Assembly: GCA_030141605.1 (NCBI GenBank) | Contig: JAQGDQ010000500.1 | Location: 1-61,845 of the forward strand | Reading direction: 5' to 3' | DNA length: 61,845 nt | Origin: Tubiluchus corallicola | Lineage: Eukaryota; Animalia; Priapulida | Shown here: piece by piece, positions 36,112 through 50,409 of the stretch | Layout of the letters: every line of letters starts with the position of its first letter | How positions within the stretch are numbered: the stretch's first letter is position 1 | The notes under the pieces: generated by a model | Database searches by the model: none | The model's input: the letters and a program-made list of their open reading frames with translations, nothing else | What the model was told of the DNA's origin: nothing | Translations under genes and position numbers: made by a program

Positions 36112-37032
36112 GTTTTTATGTACAATGGTTTCCCATATTGCTGTGTCAATATATGCAGACAGACATTTTTGTTTGATGTACAGTGGTTTCCCATGTTGCT
36201 GTGTCAATATATGCAGACAGATATTTTTGTTTTATGTACAGTGGTTTCCCATGTTGCTGTGTCAATATATGCAGACAGATATTTTTGTTTTATGTACAGT
36301 GGTTTCCCATGTTGCTGTGTCAATATATGCAGACAGATATTTTTGTTTTATGTACAGTGGTTTCCCATGTTGCTGTGTCAATATATGCAGACAGATATTT
36401 TTGTTTTATGTACAGTGGTTTCCCATGTTGCTGTGTCAATATATGCAGACAGATATTTTTGTTTGGTGTACAGTGGTTTCCCATGTTGCTGTGTCAATAT
36501 ATGCAGACAGATATTTTTGTTTTATGTACAGTGGTTTCCCATGTTGCTGTGTCAATATGTGCAGACAGATATTTTTGTTTTACATACAATGGTTTCCCAT
36601 GTTGTTGTGTCAATATATGCAGACAGATATTTTTGATTTCTGTACAGTGGTTTCCCATGTTGCTGTGTCAATATATGCAGACAGATATTTTTGTTTTATG
36701 TACAGTGGTTTCCCATGTTGCTGTGTCAATATATGCAGACAGATATTTTCGTTTTATGTACAATGGTTTCCCATATTGTTGTGTCAATATATGCAGACAG
36801 ATATTTTTGATTTCTGTACAGTGGTTTCCCATGTTGCTGTGTCAATATATGCAGACAGATATTATTTTTTATATACAATAGTTTCCCATGTTGCTGCGTC
36901 AGTATATGCAGACAGATACTTTTGTTTTATGAACAGTGGTTTCCCATGTTGCTGTGTCAATATATGCAGACAGATATTTTCGTTTTATGAACAGTGGTTT
37001 CCCATGTTGCTATGTCAATAGACACAGACAGA
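36112..37032. repeat. 58-bp tandem repeat, ~16 copies
   Basis: tgtacagtggtttcccatgttgctgtgtcaatatatgcagacagatatttttgtttta. Confidence 0.97.
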
Positions 37033-37337
37033 TAATGTTTTTTCATTCGGGTTTTTCTAGAAATCCTACAAGCACGCAAACGTAAATCAATCGTCGTCGT
37101 TGCTTTGCATTACTATGTCATCATGCAATATTTATGGTTGCAAATTAAGCAAATTAACGCTCGGATATTTTACTTAATTTGAATAAATTACCATTTGTCA
37201 GAGCTGCTTAATTATCTTCATTTCAACATTGTCAATTAAAGGAAAATAAACAAGGCGTGACAGCTCATTTACACCAAGTCATTGTAATGATGGGAGATTA
37301 CTGTACGTTCGTGCGTTTTCTACGAAACTGTTGATAT

Positions 37338-37950
37338 GAGTAAGTGAGTGAGTGAATGAGTGAGTGAATGAGTGAGTGAGTGAATGAGTGAGTGAATGAG
37401 TGAGTGAGTGAATGAGTGAGTGAATGAGTGAGTGAGTGAGTGAGTGAGTGAGTGAGTGAGTGAGTGAGTGAGTGAGTGAGTGAGTGAGTGAGTGAGTGAA
37501 TGAGTGAGTGAATGAGTGAGTGAGTGAGTGGGTGGGTGAGTGAGTGAATGAGTGAGTGAATGAGTGAGTGAGTGAATGAGTGAGTGAATGAGTGAGTGAG
37601 TGAATGAGTGAGTGAATGAGTGAGTGAGTGAGTGAGTGAGTGAGTGAGTGAGTGGGTGAGTGAGTGAGTGAATGAGTGAGTGAATGAGTGAGTGAGTGAG
37701 TGAGTGAGTGAGTGGGTGGGTGAGTGAGTGAGTGGGTGAGTGAGTGAGTGAATGAGTGAGTGAATGAGTGAGTGAGTGAGTGAGTGAGTGGGTGAGTGAG
37801 TGAGTGAGTGAGTGAGTGAGTGAGTGAGTGAGTGAGTGAGTGAGTGAGTGAGTGAGTGAGTGAGTGAGTGAATGAGTGAGTGAGTGAGTGAGTGAGTGAG
37901 TGAGTGAGTGAGTGAGTGAGTGAGTGAGTGAGTAAGTAAGTAAGTAAGTC
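37338..37950. repeat. (GAGT)n microsatellite
   Basis: Directly visible. Confidence 0.97.
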
Positions 37951-38056
37951 ATGTTATGTTTATTATGTCAATTTGTTTATTATGTGCCATTAGTTACTTG
38001 TCTAATATGCCTTTAGTCATAACAAAAATCAATAAAGAGATAAGCCAAACGAGTTA

Positions 38057-39107
38057 AAGATAACTACTGAAGATAACTACTGAAGATAATTACTGAAGAT
38101 AATTACTGAAGATAACTAATGAAGATAACTATTGAACATAACTACTAAAGATAACTAATGAAGATAACTATTGAACATAACTACTAAAGATAACTACTGA
38201 AGATAACTATAGAAGATAACTACTGAAGATAACTACTGAAGATAACTACTGAAGATAACTACAGAAGATAACTACTGAAGATAACTACTAAAGATAACTA
38301 TTGAAGATAACTACTGAAGGTAATTACTGAAGATAATTACTGAAGATAACTACTGAAGATAACTATTGAAGATAACTACTGCAGATAACTACTGAAGTTA
38401 ACTATTGAAGATAACTACTGAAGGTAATTACTGAAGATAATTACTGAAGATAACTACTGAAGATAATTAGTGAAGATAATTAGTGAAGATAACTATTGAA
38501 CATAACTACTAAAGATAACTAATGAAGATAACTATTGAACATAACTACTAAAGATAACTACTGAAGATAACTACTGAAGATAACTATTGAAGATAACTAC
38601 TGAAGATAACTATTGAAGATAACTACTGAAGATAACTATTGAAGATAACTACTGAAGGTAATTACTGAAGATAACTATAGAAGATAACTACTGAAGATAA
38701 CTACAGAAGATAACTACTGAAGATAACTACTAAAGATAACTATTGAAGATAACTACTGAAGATAACTATTGAAGATAACTATTGAACATAACTACTAAAG
38801 ATAACTACTGAAGATAACTACTGAAGATAATTAGTGAAGATAACTACTGAAGATAACTACTAAAGATAACTACTGAAGATAACTACTGAAGATAACTATT
38901 GAAGATAACTACTGAAGATAACTATTGAAGATAACTACTGCAGATAACTACTGAAGTTAACTATTGAAGATAACTACTGAAGGTAATTACTGAAGATAAT
39001 TACTGAAGATAACTACTGAAGATAACTACTGAAGATAACTACTGAAGATAACTACTGAAGATAACTATTGAAGATAACTACTGAAGATAATTACTGATGA
39101 TAACTAC
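38057..39107. repeat. 13-bp minisatellite GAAGATAACTACT
   Basis: Directly visible, ~80 copies. Confidence 0.97.
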
Positions 39108-39324
39108 ATATTAAAACACAGATTAGTTTCGGAATGAGTTGCGTTCAGTTACTCATGAATATTGAAGATTTAGAATCCAAATTTATTGCCTGGATTTAAG
39201 AATGTGATGGGGGAAGGACCAAGAAACTGATGGTAACTTAAGCAAGTTTTTCAAAACGTGGACAAATGACCTCTTCTTTCTTGGCTGGACAAGCTAATGA
39301 ATAATAGTAAAGAAAGACAGAGAG

Positions 39325-40423
39325 TTAAAGGAATACTCGTATACTCTCCCATTTTCAAATCCGATAAAAAGTTTACATTTTAACACAATTAATGCTGCAA
39401 AAGCGTTTCTGATAATTAAATAATCGATTAAAAACATAATTAACTACTGACGACATCACAAACTAACATAATTTTCAACAGCAAGAATATTCCACGAGCA
39501 TTTTGCACGTGTTTTGCAAAAACGAAAATTAAAGTACAGTGCTGCGCATGTGCAAGGATTTGAATTTCCTCTAATTTTTATGTAAACAACCGGCTTACTA
39601 AGCTTCATTGTTTACAGAAAGCCAAATACTTGTCTGTTTGGGTTAGTAAAACTTTTAAATAGAATTCGTTAGCAGTTTGTGACGTAAGTGATAGCTGTGC
39701 TCGGTTTCCGTTAATTAACTTACTAAAAAACCTGTATAGCTAAATGTTTGTCTTATCAGTATATTGAGAATTATATTATTTAGTATTATTGTCCAAGTCA
39801 GTAGATTTGTTCTTAATCAATAAGCCTAGAAATAATGAAGTTGAACTCAAATCAAAATGTATTTAACTCCTGTTGTTGATTAATAGCATTATTAACCCAA
39901 AGTGTTTTTATCATTTCATAACAATTTTGACCTGTATTTCACATAAAATCTAAATGCTATTTATAGTTTAATCAAGATTGACCTTATTTTGTTGCCCGCT
40001 AATTAAACTACATGTATATTCTTTTCTCTGGATTATATAGAAAATGTCATAATTTTAAAATTATTAATGTTTCATAAATTAAACTGATAACATTAATGCC
40101 CACCAGTGTCTAAAAATCATTTATCTATATTCGGTAAAGGATAGCAGACTAGGTGACTTTATAGTCTTTTCGCTATCCTTTCTCTAGTTCTAGATCTATC
40201 TATACATTTTAACGATTCTTCAAAACTTATTAGCGATTCTTTTATTACTCATGTTTTATTGTAGTATTATAAAGAGATAAATAAATTACAATTTAAATGA
40301 ATTGAATTGAATTAAGCTAATTATTAAAATATAAGAAAAATTGTAAACTTTTATAGGCAAGTATATTTTGTACAGTAAATTAAAATGAGATTTAGTCTAA
40401 ACAATCGTCCGGGCTTCCTTTTA
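39325..40423. mobile_element. Possible TTAA/AGG-ended non-autonomous element; related partial copy at ~44495-44665
   Basis: Starts TTAA|AGGAA and ends ttcct|ttta; internal gtttgtgacgtaag..ccgttaattaacttt and aaattaaaatgagatt.agtctaaacaa also occur at 44499-44665, ending ttcct|TTAA. Confidence 0.35.
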
Positions 40424-40428
40424 CAGAC

Positions 40429-40568
<140 letters not shown>

Positions 40569-40759
40569 GTTTTTATTATTGTCCTTCATGTTTTTACCTA
40601 TCTAAGGGCTTCATAAGGGATTTTATAAAAATATCAAACGAAGTTTTATTCACCAAAACTCAATTATAAATGCACAGGAAAGATTAACAGAAGTTTGGCA
40701 TTGAGTTTCAGTTATAAAGATTTCAATAATAGTTACCAGAATTCTACGTGAATTCTACG

Positions 40760-41103
40760 TTGTTTAAGATGGATTGGGCATATGCTTAGATTACCTGATG
40801 ATGTTCCAGTAAAGATAGCTCTTCAACAAGCCATAGAACCAGCTAAAAAAACTGCAGGAGGACAAATGTTAACATATTTAGATTTTGCACAGAAAAATTT
40901 AAACACTTCAGCATTGATCCTTAGAAATAAATGCACTTGGGGCATTGCGGCGAGCAGGGAGTCCTGGCATAGGGAGGTGAGCAAAATCATGTCACTGGAC
41001 GTGTTATTCATTGGATGATGATGATGATGATGACGACGACGATGACGACGATGACGATGATGATGATGATGATGGTGACGATGATGATGATGATGATGGT
41101 GAA

Positions 41104-41138
<35 letters not shown>

Positions 41139-41165
41139 CTGATGATGATGATGACGGTGATGGTG

Positions 41166-41217
<52 letters not shown>

Positions 41218-41275
41218 CGATGATGATGACGATGATGAATAAGATGATGATGATAATGATGATGATGGTGATGAT
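40760..41275 (+). mobile_element. LINE 3' end with (GAT)n tail
   Basis: LRWIGHMLRLPDDVPVKIALQQA....KKTAGGQMLTYL...AASRESW followed by a (GAT)n array from 41014. Confidence 0.85.
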
Positions 41276-41416
41276 ACGTGATTTTCGCAAAAAGTTGAGT
41301 ATTTTCACAGAATCAATTAAAAACTTTACATTTCTTCATATTTTTCAGAACAATGAAGCCTGCTGCGCCATCTGGCGTTTGAGCAGTGAACTACACGTAG
41401 AGAAAAACTCGATAAT

Positions 41417-41726
41417 ATGGGTTGCAGCACGAGTAAAAACATGACCGTCGTGGACGGGACGCTGTCGTCGGTCCCGGACAAGGCGGAAACGCCCGAAAAA
41501 GCGGATAAAAATGGCGGCCGCCGGTCACCGCCACCGACTGCGCTTGTGAATCCGCGAACTAAAACTCCCGATGACGTCAACTTGAAAGAGAACAATGAGA
41601 ACAATGTTGAAAACAATGAAAGTGATAGTATTAGAACTGACAAAGGACTACAGAGACTGGAGAGTATAGAGGAGAATAAGGTAGCAAACCACAAACCAAC
41701 CAAAGACACTGTGACAGTTGTTAAAC
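41417..41726 (+). CDS. First coding exon of an unknown gene; N-terminal myristoylation/palmitoylation motif MGCSTSK
   Basis: aatATGG start, CpG-rich coding-like composition, ends AAAC|GTAAGT donor (phase 1). Confidence 0.75.
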
Positions 41727-41829
41727 GTAAGTGATCTATTTTATAATTTATATTAGTACCAAAAATTGCCCAAAATACAAAAATACATATATTTCTTATA
41801 CATATACATACATATAAATAAATATAGCC

Positions 41830-42162
41830 TTTATCCCACGGGATACATTGGGATTCAATAGAAGTATAAAATGTGCTTCATTTTGCAACTGCTGATAATT
41901 TTTTAAAGTATTTAAGACATTTAGTATGCACGCTATGCTGATCTGTACAAAGTCGTCTCTAAAGTACTGTACCTTGCGCAGTTTTTATGCTATGTAGATT
42001 TTCTAGTTTGCCATTTTATCAGTATTTTTAGTCTATTGTTATTGGCTTAAATCAAAATAACTATTAACAGATCAAATAACTGTCAGTTTTAAAATTTTAT
42101 TAATTTTAAGGGCAGAAAATATTCTCGTATCCCACGGGATACAACGGGTATGAAAGGGTTAA
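41830..42162. mobile_element. piggyBac-like element 3' terminus
   Basis: Ends ...aacgggtatgaaaGGG|TTAA (42156-42162); quasi-palindromic subterminal motif tatcccacgggatac at ~41832 and ~42128; left terminus not found. Confidence 0.5.
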
Positions 42163-42454
42163 CGTTTAAAGATGACACCAGGCAAGTGTTGAGACGTTTT
42201 GTTGCCTTGTTTTAATAATATGAACATATTTTAATATGAATATGTTTTACGTGAAACACAGAATGAACGCAATAGGAATGCGTTGTCGCGAAGTTCGTCT
42301 CTTTATTGCTTCGCGTTTGATTAACTTGACTTATGAATATTACATTTTGTCTTCTTGCTCATCTCTCTTTTATAATATTTTCATTTCATTTCCTCCCTTT
42401 TTAGGCTTGTTGTAACATTCAAATAGCTTACATATCCCTCTAATCTTACTGTAC

Positions 42455-42790
42455 ATATTTGCTTCTGAATGACGTTTTACATTAATAGTGTTCTAGTTTG
42501 CCATATTTAAGTTGTGTAAGACAGGTCTACCTTGAACATTTAGACCTGTGGGCTAGCCAGGCTAATTACTCCGCTGTATTTTGGTATAGTGGTATTTTAG
42601 TATTGATAATAATTATGTTATTTGATTCTGTGATTGTACCTGCTAGTATAGTTATTATGATATAATTCTTCGTGACTTGTTAATGATTGTGTTGTTTGAT
42701 TCTTTGATTGTAAAAGCTAACAGGCTTAATAATTGTGGGCAAAGTTTAATTCAGTATCAGTCCTCTCTCCTATTTCATTCCCCACATGTG
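42455..42790 (-). mobile_element. Interspersed repeat, inverted homologue of ~61215-61532
   Basis: agacctgtgggctagccaggctaatt...gtacctgctagtatagttattatgatataattcttcgtgacttgttaatgatt matches the reverse complement at the window end. Confidence 0.85.
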
Positions 42791-43051
42791 TGTGATGTCA
42801 CTATTCTGTGTGAGAAATTTTTATTATTAGTTATATTAATATTATTATTATTATGTAGGCGTGCGAAGAGAGGGGGAGGGAGAAGAGAGAGAAGGAATTG
42901 TTTTAATAGTAAATCTTTATTCAAAAAGCAAAAATGCACACTGAAGGTGCCTCTTTTTGCAGGCTCAGATTAACTATTTTTATGACAAAACTTTTAAACA
43001 TTTATAGCTTCACACTATATACAACAAGTAAAATATAGTGCCTAGATTAGA

Positions 43052-43053
<2 letters not shown>

Positions 43054-43082
<29 letters not shown>

Positions 43083-43520
43083 GTTATTGTTATTGTTATT
43101 ATTAAATATCAATATCATCGTCATCGTCATCGTCATCGTCATATCAGTGTCAAGAGAAGCAGCATCGTCGTGATCATCATCGTCTTCGTCTTATCAGTGT
43201 CAAGAGAAGCAGCATCGTCGTCATCATCATCGTCCTCGTCATCGTCATATCAGTGTCAAGAGCAGCAGCATCGTCATCATCGTCGTCATCACCATCGTCA
43301 CCATCATCATCACCATCATCATCACCATCATCACCATCATCATCATCACCATCATCACCATCAACATCATCACCATCATCATCATCATCATCGTCGTCAC
43401 CACCATCGTCACCATCATCATCACCATCATCACCATCATCATCATCATCACCATCATCACCATCAACATCATCACCATCATCATCATCATCATACCATCA
43501 TCATCATCACATCATCATCT
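43054..43520. repeat. (ATT)n then (CAT/CAC/CGT)n microsatellite with short tatcagtgtcaagag repeats
   Basis: Directly visible. Confidence 0.95.
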
Positions 43521-43804
43521 CGCAAAGATAAATCTGTTATTTTCAGGCACTGATCTGTGTATCTGTCTTTCATTTTGTCACGAGGATTTTACTGTAAAGA
43601 TATTCTTCAATAGTACAAGATTAGTTCAAAATGCTTTCATCTTTTCACTCTCCGTTCCAATTTTGTTGAAACTAAATTGCGTTTAGGAACTGCAAGTCCC
43701 CGTATTGATCGGAAATCTATCAAATTCAATCAGTGACAAACTTGCGTTGAACCAAAGTACAAATTTATGCAATTTGGTTTGCAAAAAAGCAGGAGGCCAG
43801 GTTA

Positions 43805-43818
43805 GTTGCTATGGAGAC
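43805..43818. promoter_or_regulatory. RFX X-box
   Basis: GTTGCTATGGAGAC (reverse complement GTCTCC-AT-AGCAAC). Confidence 0.45.
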
Positions 43819-45214
43819 GGCATTTAGTCGGACAGTAAAATTCAAATTCTTGGGAAAATTGTCCCGCTACGTATGCAGTATTAGAGCCAACAATGACTTA
43901 ATTTTGGTGCACAAGGGGACCCAATTTACGTGCACCCTAGAGGGACCAATAAGAACCAATATTGAGTTCGATTCACACTACGGAATGATCGAAACTAGGC
44001 CCTGGTTCATGCAATGCAGAGGGACCGGGACCAAAGCTGGATCTGATTTACATTCACTGTAGAGAGGGCTAGACTGGAACCTAATTCATTTCAAAGTACC
44101 AAGCAGATCAACAGATGAAGGAAAACCGTATGATTGTGTAAACATGAGTTCAGAATAAAGAATGCTCTAAAATATTGAAAACTACAACAGCTTATTTTAA
44201 ATCAAAGCTTAGATTAAATAATAATTACCTCGGATACTCAAATTTCATTAAACTCTCAAAGCTACGCGCGGCTCAGTGAATCTACTAAGATTGGCAGCGG
44301 CGCCTTTTTGTCACGTGTGCGTGGCCGACAAATAGAAGGCGGTACAGTGATGACCATGATCGTGAACTGCAGTGTTAGTTTCTGACGTCATATGACGTAA
44401 TGCCCATTTTCGTGACATCACATGTTTAACCAGTAACACTTACGCAAACGTGCTTGATGCGCAAGGGAAGATGCCTACTATTGCACAAACAGTGGTTAGT
44501 TTGTGACGTAAGCAATAGCTGTGTTTGTTTGCCGTTAATTAACTTTCTAAGCAAATTATTCAAATATAAGGAACAATTGTTAGCTTTTATAGCCAAGAGA
44601 ACGTATATTTTGGACAACAAATTAAAATGAGATTGAGTCTAAACAAGCGTTGGATTTTCCTTTAATGCATAGTGCAGGCGAAGAATTTGATGTAAGTTTT
44701 AAAAAGCTATGTACCGTGTCGTATTTGCAGGATTAACCGACAGGTGGCGCCAAACTAAAGAAAATATACATACCTGCATGAATACTAGCTATTATGAGGC
44801 ACTAAAAGTGTAATCCCTGCTAAACTTAGCCTAATTGCAGTTCCTGGTTAAGTACCGACGTCTTATCCTCACTGCTTCGTCAATTGTTAGATGGCGCCAC
44901 TAACAAAGAAGCCACTATGTTAACCGAAGCCCATCGATTAAACTCTCGTAAAGCTGCAGGCAAGTAATCCGACAGTATGGCTATTTTCAATAAATTTTAT
45001 AGCAGCGGCGAGTGTAAAAATGTTTTAATGTCTGAATATCGGTGCTGAATTATTTAATTTCTTCCAGATAAAGTACATACATTTAGTTTATTGTGGTCAT
45101 ATTCTATTGGCTTCAAAATACGTTCCCACTGGCTTCATTTTCAGAGAAATTGAATTGATGGGAGCGAGTAATAATGCAGCTGTATATGAATATCTAAATG
45201 AGCCAGTAAATTAA

Positions 45215-46195
45215 TGCATGAATGGATTATTGAGTGGATGGATTGATGAATGAATGAATGAATAATTGAATGAATGAATGAACAAATGAATGAATGAATG
45301 AATGAATGAATAAATGAATGAATGAATGAATGAATGAATGAATGAATGAATGAATGAATGAATAGGCGAATGAATGAATGAATGGATTATTGAGTGGATG
45401 GATTGATGAATGAGTGAATGAATGGATTGATGAACGAATGAGTGAATGAATGAATAGGTGAATAAATGGATTGATGAATGAATGAGTGAATGAATGAATA
45501 GGTGAATGAATGAATGAATGAATAAATAAATAAATGAATGATTGAATAAATGAATGGATGAATGGATGAATGGATGAATGAATAAATGAATGAATGAATG
45601 AATGAATGAATGAATGAATGAATGAATGAATGAATGAATGAATGAATGAATGAATGAATGAATGAATGAATGAATGAATGAATGAATGAATGAACGAATG
45701 AATGAATGAATGAACGAATGAATGAGTGAACGATTGGATTGATGAATGAATGAATGATTGAATGAATGAACGAATGAATGAATGAATGAATGAATGAATA
45801 AACGAATGAATGAACGAATGAACGAATGAATGAGTGAACGATTGGATTGATGAACGAATGAATGAATGAGTGAATGAATGAATGGATGAATGAATGAATG
45901 AATGAATGAATGAATGAATGAATGAATGAATGAATGAATGAATGAATGAATGAATGAATGAATGAATGAATGAATGAATGAATGAATGAATGAATGAATG
46001 AATGAATGAACGATTGAATGAATAAATTAATGAGCAAATGAGTGAATGAGCGAATAACGTTACGTTACGTTACGTTACGTTACGTTACGTTACGTTACGT
46101 TATGTTATGTTATGTTATGTTATGTTATGTTATGTTATGTTATGTTATGTCATGTCATGTCATGTCATGTCATGTTATAAATGTTATGTTATGTT
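45215..46195. repeat. (GAAT)n followed by (GTTAC)/(GTTAT)/(GTCAT)n
   Basis: Directly visible. Confidence 0.97.
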
Positions 46196-47444
46196 GTAAT
46201 TATTTTGTAATTTCTTTCCTTAATGGTTCAATAAATAAATAAAATATTGATATGGAGTTGCAGCTGGTACCTAGCATTGCACACAGGAGTGCTTGCAGTC
46301 AATCATTAAGCATCCAGCATATTGTAGAAAGCCACATCATATTATCCCTCTTACTGTTTGTTGCCGTTACGGCAGCTGCGCTGGTCATTAATCATGTATC
46401 ATCACGTATTGGTAAGATAATCAACTATTGTACTGATGTTGTTACTGCTAGCGGGTCCCTGTTCGCTTGCTTGTGCTGGAATTCCAATGTTACTGTAATT
46501 GCTCTAGCTTGAGGTGGCTTCACCATAAACTGTCGGGCTGCCTGCGGGTGGTGGTGTCTGTGTCGTTCGTTCGTTCTCGGTTCAACGTTTGTGCAAAGTT
46601 GTTTTAGCTGCGTTTGAGTTGTACTTACTTTTGTCGACTGTGTGCCAGTGTGGATGCTTATTCACGGTTTTAAACGAACTTGCTTTTGTCAGCCGACTCG
46701 TAGATCAACAAAAATTAAAATGTTTTTTATGACTCTCTTGTACAGTTATTCGAGCAGGCGCTAAGTTGTTCTTACTTGTGTCGATTGTGTGCCACTAGAA
46801 TTATAGGCTTTCATTCACTATTTTAACGAATTTTGTAAGTGAACTAAAAATTAAAATTGAAAATTTACTTCACGAATTCAGTTTCATTTTTGGCTTATGT
46901 GTGTGCTTTAACGTTAGGCAAAGTTTGCACGGGTTTTACCGCACCGCGTTGCCCAATATTCGCTTTTTATTGCAGTTAAATTGAACTCGTTTTATTTACA
47001 ATTGCCCCGCAATTTTACAACTCCGCACGGGTGCAGAGAACAGGAAGAAACTTGGCTGTTTGTCGTGGTAGTCAGTCGTGCATAAAACGTGAAATCATTT
47101 GTGCTAAACTCGTGCATTTATTTGGGAACGTAAAATGAAACTTTGATTTCATGTTTATTGTCGTTTCGTGTTTTTAGTTTTCAACAATAACAAGTGCAAT
47201 TAGCGATCGGTTTTAGCAGATAAAAAATGTACAGTTTCCCTAAAAAACAGCAACTAAATACTCTTAATCAATTTCCGGTTATCAAAAATTAGAATCGGTG
47301 TCTAATGTGAAGAACTTCATCACATTCTTACACTCTCTGTTATCAAACGATGTGCGTACATTCAGTTTTAGTTTCTAAATAATTCAGACTGCCTCATTTC
47401 GGTGATAAATTTTAACCTCTCTCTCTCACGGAAGACTTGTAACA

Positions 47445-47571
47445 ATGGGCCAGGAGGTTTCCAGTATAAAGGAGAATCTATCCGCTCGACTGGACGAGGT
47501 CCAGCTTGCTGAAAAGGCCCGGAACGCGAAGTTGACGCTAAAAACGCAATTTGAAAACATCATTGATTCAG
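47445..47571 (+). CDS. Candidate first coding exon MGQEVSSIKENLSARLDEVQLAEKARNAKLTLKTQFENIIDS (myristoylation-type start)
   Basis: acaATGG Kozak context, open frame with coding-like composition, CAG|GTAAG donor (phase 1); too short for the ORF track. Confidence 0.65.
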
Positions 47572-47764
47572 GTAAGACATGCGAGTAAGATAAATCACGA
47601 ACACGAGAAATTACGTAATTTTGTTTAATCGTAAAACTACATCATTTCATTTAATTATTCATGATTTTAATATTAAATTAAAAGACGATGGAATAAACTC
47701 ATAGCTGTTGAATTATGGAGTGAAATTTGCTCGGAACAATTGAAACTTAAGACTTGTTAAGTTC

Positions 47765-47845
47765 ACTCGAGCATGGTGGGTTAACTGCCATGAAACCCGC
47801 TTTGTAAGCGAAAGGTTCCAGGTTTAAACCCAGGTTGCATCGCGA
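47765..47845 (+). mobile_element. Degenerate tRNA-derived SINE head
   Basis: ...aaaggttccaggtttaaaccc resembles a B-box/T-arm; no intact cloverleaf. Confidence 0.35.
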
Positions 47846-48749
47846 TTATTTTACGTCTCATTGACAAGGTTCAAACATAAACCATTGTGGGTTTATTTTA
47901 ACGAATCACATTGTATTGGCGAGGTATGTCTTTTAAACAGTATGATTTATGATCTAGTAAAAACATAGAAAAGTTTAAAATGCATCATCAGAGCATAACG
48001 ATGCGTTTATATTAGCAATACAACTGATTGTGCGACGACTACAATAAAATTAAGAATAATAATGAGAGCAGTGATCCTAGGATGGACCCTTGAGGAACAC
48101 CAAGATATTGTGAAACGATACATTTATACGAACAATACAGCAACTGATAGCGCAACGATTTCTATAACATTAAGAATAATAATGAGAGCAGTGGCCCCAG
48201 CATGGATCCTTGAGGTACACCACAATATTACATTACAAACTCTGTATATTTGGCATATTTTTTAAGTTATCGGAGGACTGAGCTTTTGTTTTGAGCTTCA
48301 TTTTGGAGCTAGGCTGCGGTCTAAGGCTAATTATAGAAGCAGAAAAAACAAAACCAATGAATCAATAGTGCAGTTTTGCCAAATTTGTTTTAAAGTTTAC
48401 AAGCACTGTATTTGTAAAAAATTCCTAGTTAAGTGTTTTACCCTTCAAGGTTAATAAATTTAAAAATAGTAAACTTCTTCACATATTACCTAAGATGATC
48501 GATTGTTCTTGTAGTGAACAGTCGAATGGAATCAAAATCAACATTTTACAGCAAACAACCAGGTCTAAAATGTGTTTCCAAATGAATCTTATCAAACATA
48601 TTTTATTTATTTTTATTTTAAATTATTTTGTTAGTGCTCATCATGCTACTTTACAAATTTCATTAAAAACACGTCCAGAAATTCTTTTCAGAAACAATGC
48701 TTTCAGGAGTTCCTTTTCAATCAATGTTCTGCTCCTATTCTCATTGGTG

Positions 48750-49233
48750 TCTTCACATTGTTCTTACAAACAGTAGCGTCTGTACATTGTTCTTACACAG
48801 TAGTGTCTTCACATTGTTCTTACACAGTAGCTCCTTTACATTGTTCTTACATAGTAGCGTCTTTACATTGTTCTTACACAGTAGTGTCTTCACATTGTTC
48901 TTACACAGTAGCATATTCACATTGTTCTTACGAACAGTAGCGTCTTCATGTTGTTTTTACACACAGTAGCGTCTTTACATTGTTCTTACATAGTAACGTC
49001 TTTACATTGTTCTTACATAGTAGCATCTTCACATTGTTCGTACTCAGCAACATCTTCACATTGTTTTTACCAAGCAGCGTCCTTACATTGCTCCTACACA
49101 ACAGTGTCTTCACATTGTCTTATACTGTAGCATTTTTGCATTGTTCTTTCACAGTAGCATCTTCACATTGTTCTTACACAGTAGCATCTTCACATTGCTT
49201 TTACACAGTAGTATCTTGACATTGGCATTGTTC
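48750..49233. repeat. 27-bp minisatellite immediately 3' of MS4A-like copy A
   Basis: agtagcatcttcacattgttcttacac. Confidence 0.95.
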
Positions 49234-50409
49234 TTATACATCAAACATCCCACACAAGTAAAGACCGACTGACCAGATGCAAGTAACTATCGCTGTGAGC
49301 CCCACGACCAACTCTAAGTAATTTACAGCAAGAATGAGTTCATATATAAGTAAATTGCTCATGTAGACGATAACGGTCTCTTTACCATCTGACTCACTAT
49401 CTGGACTTGAAGAATTACTTAGGGCGTTTCCGAAAATGGAATATTCTAAAATAAAAAATGTTGCCATGAAAATAAGAACGCCATTGAAAACTGATGCAAG
49501 AATTGTCATCGTGGCAGTGAAGACGACCCACAAGCGTTTCCTTTTCAGTTTTCCATTGGCTGCAAAAATGTGCATGAAGCCAGTTGCAAGAGAGTGGATA
49601 AAGAGAGGGATGGAGCAGAGTGCACTTATACGAGTTGGAAACATATTGTGATCGTCCCAAGCAAGAGAGACAATTGCAAATATCATCAGTAGTACAGCAA
49701 ATACTCCATTAATAATCTGAAACAAAAAACGCCAAGAAAAGAAATTAGGCTTATAAAATGATCTATAAATTTATAAATAGATCTTAGAAATGATCTATAA
49801 AAGTTTTATCATAATGTCAGCGTATAATGAGGCTGCAACGACAGGGCCATCTGTTGAAGAACGCAATAAACTCTAGATGAGTGCACTCTCAGCTAATGGG
49901 CACCCTTACCCCTACCTACCCTGCTGTGGTTTAAAACGAGCTTTTACCTGCCATTCTTGAAGCTCAGTAAACACCAAAACGACAAAAGGCATCACAGCCC
50001 CCAAAGCCTATAGTTCTTAACTGTATCAAGGTTTAGAAGAAACAGAATAGACCATGCCAATTGCAAATAAAACGGAAGCTTATTAATGTTGCCAGCGAAA
50101 GTTGTCTCATCGTCAAATCCTGACCTTGTAGAAGACAGGAATATTGAGTTTTGGCTAGGTGTAGTAAAATGTTACAACTTGAGTATTGAATCCAGCCTTG
50201 ATTAATGCTTCTGAATGTATAGAATTACTCTATTGTAATCATTATTAGTAATTACTAATCAATATTACCTGCGCAACCCCTATTCTAAACAGCATCTTGG
50301 GATGCTTGGTACCTAGTCTTGACTCGCATGGTGTCCTTGCAGTGTCATTCTCAGCATCAGGTAAAGCAACAGTTACTCCTGATTTGTCTTCAGTGTCAGC
50401 CTCTGCCAT
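49234..50409 (-). CDS. MS4A-like: MS4A/CD20-like four-TM protein copy A (coding exons 50409-50269 and 49716-49234; 207 aa)
   Basis: ATG exon MAEADTEDK...MLFRIGVAQ ends CAG|GTAAT and joins in frame at tttgtttcag|IINGVFAVLL, giving the G..QI..G TM1 motif; four hydrophobic segments; TM4 with LE..V. Confidence 0.75.

Noticed and set aside
43811-44062. 83-aa ORF after the X-box
   Set aside because: No recognisable homology or splice structure; the ATG is part of the X-box
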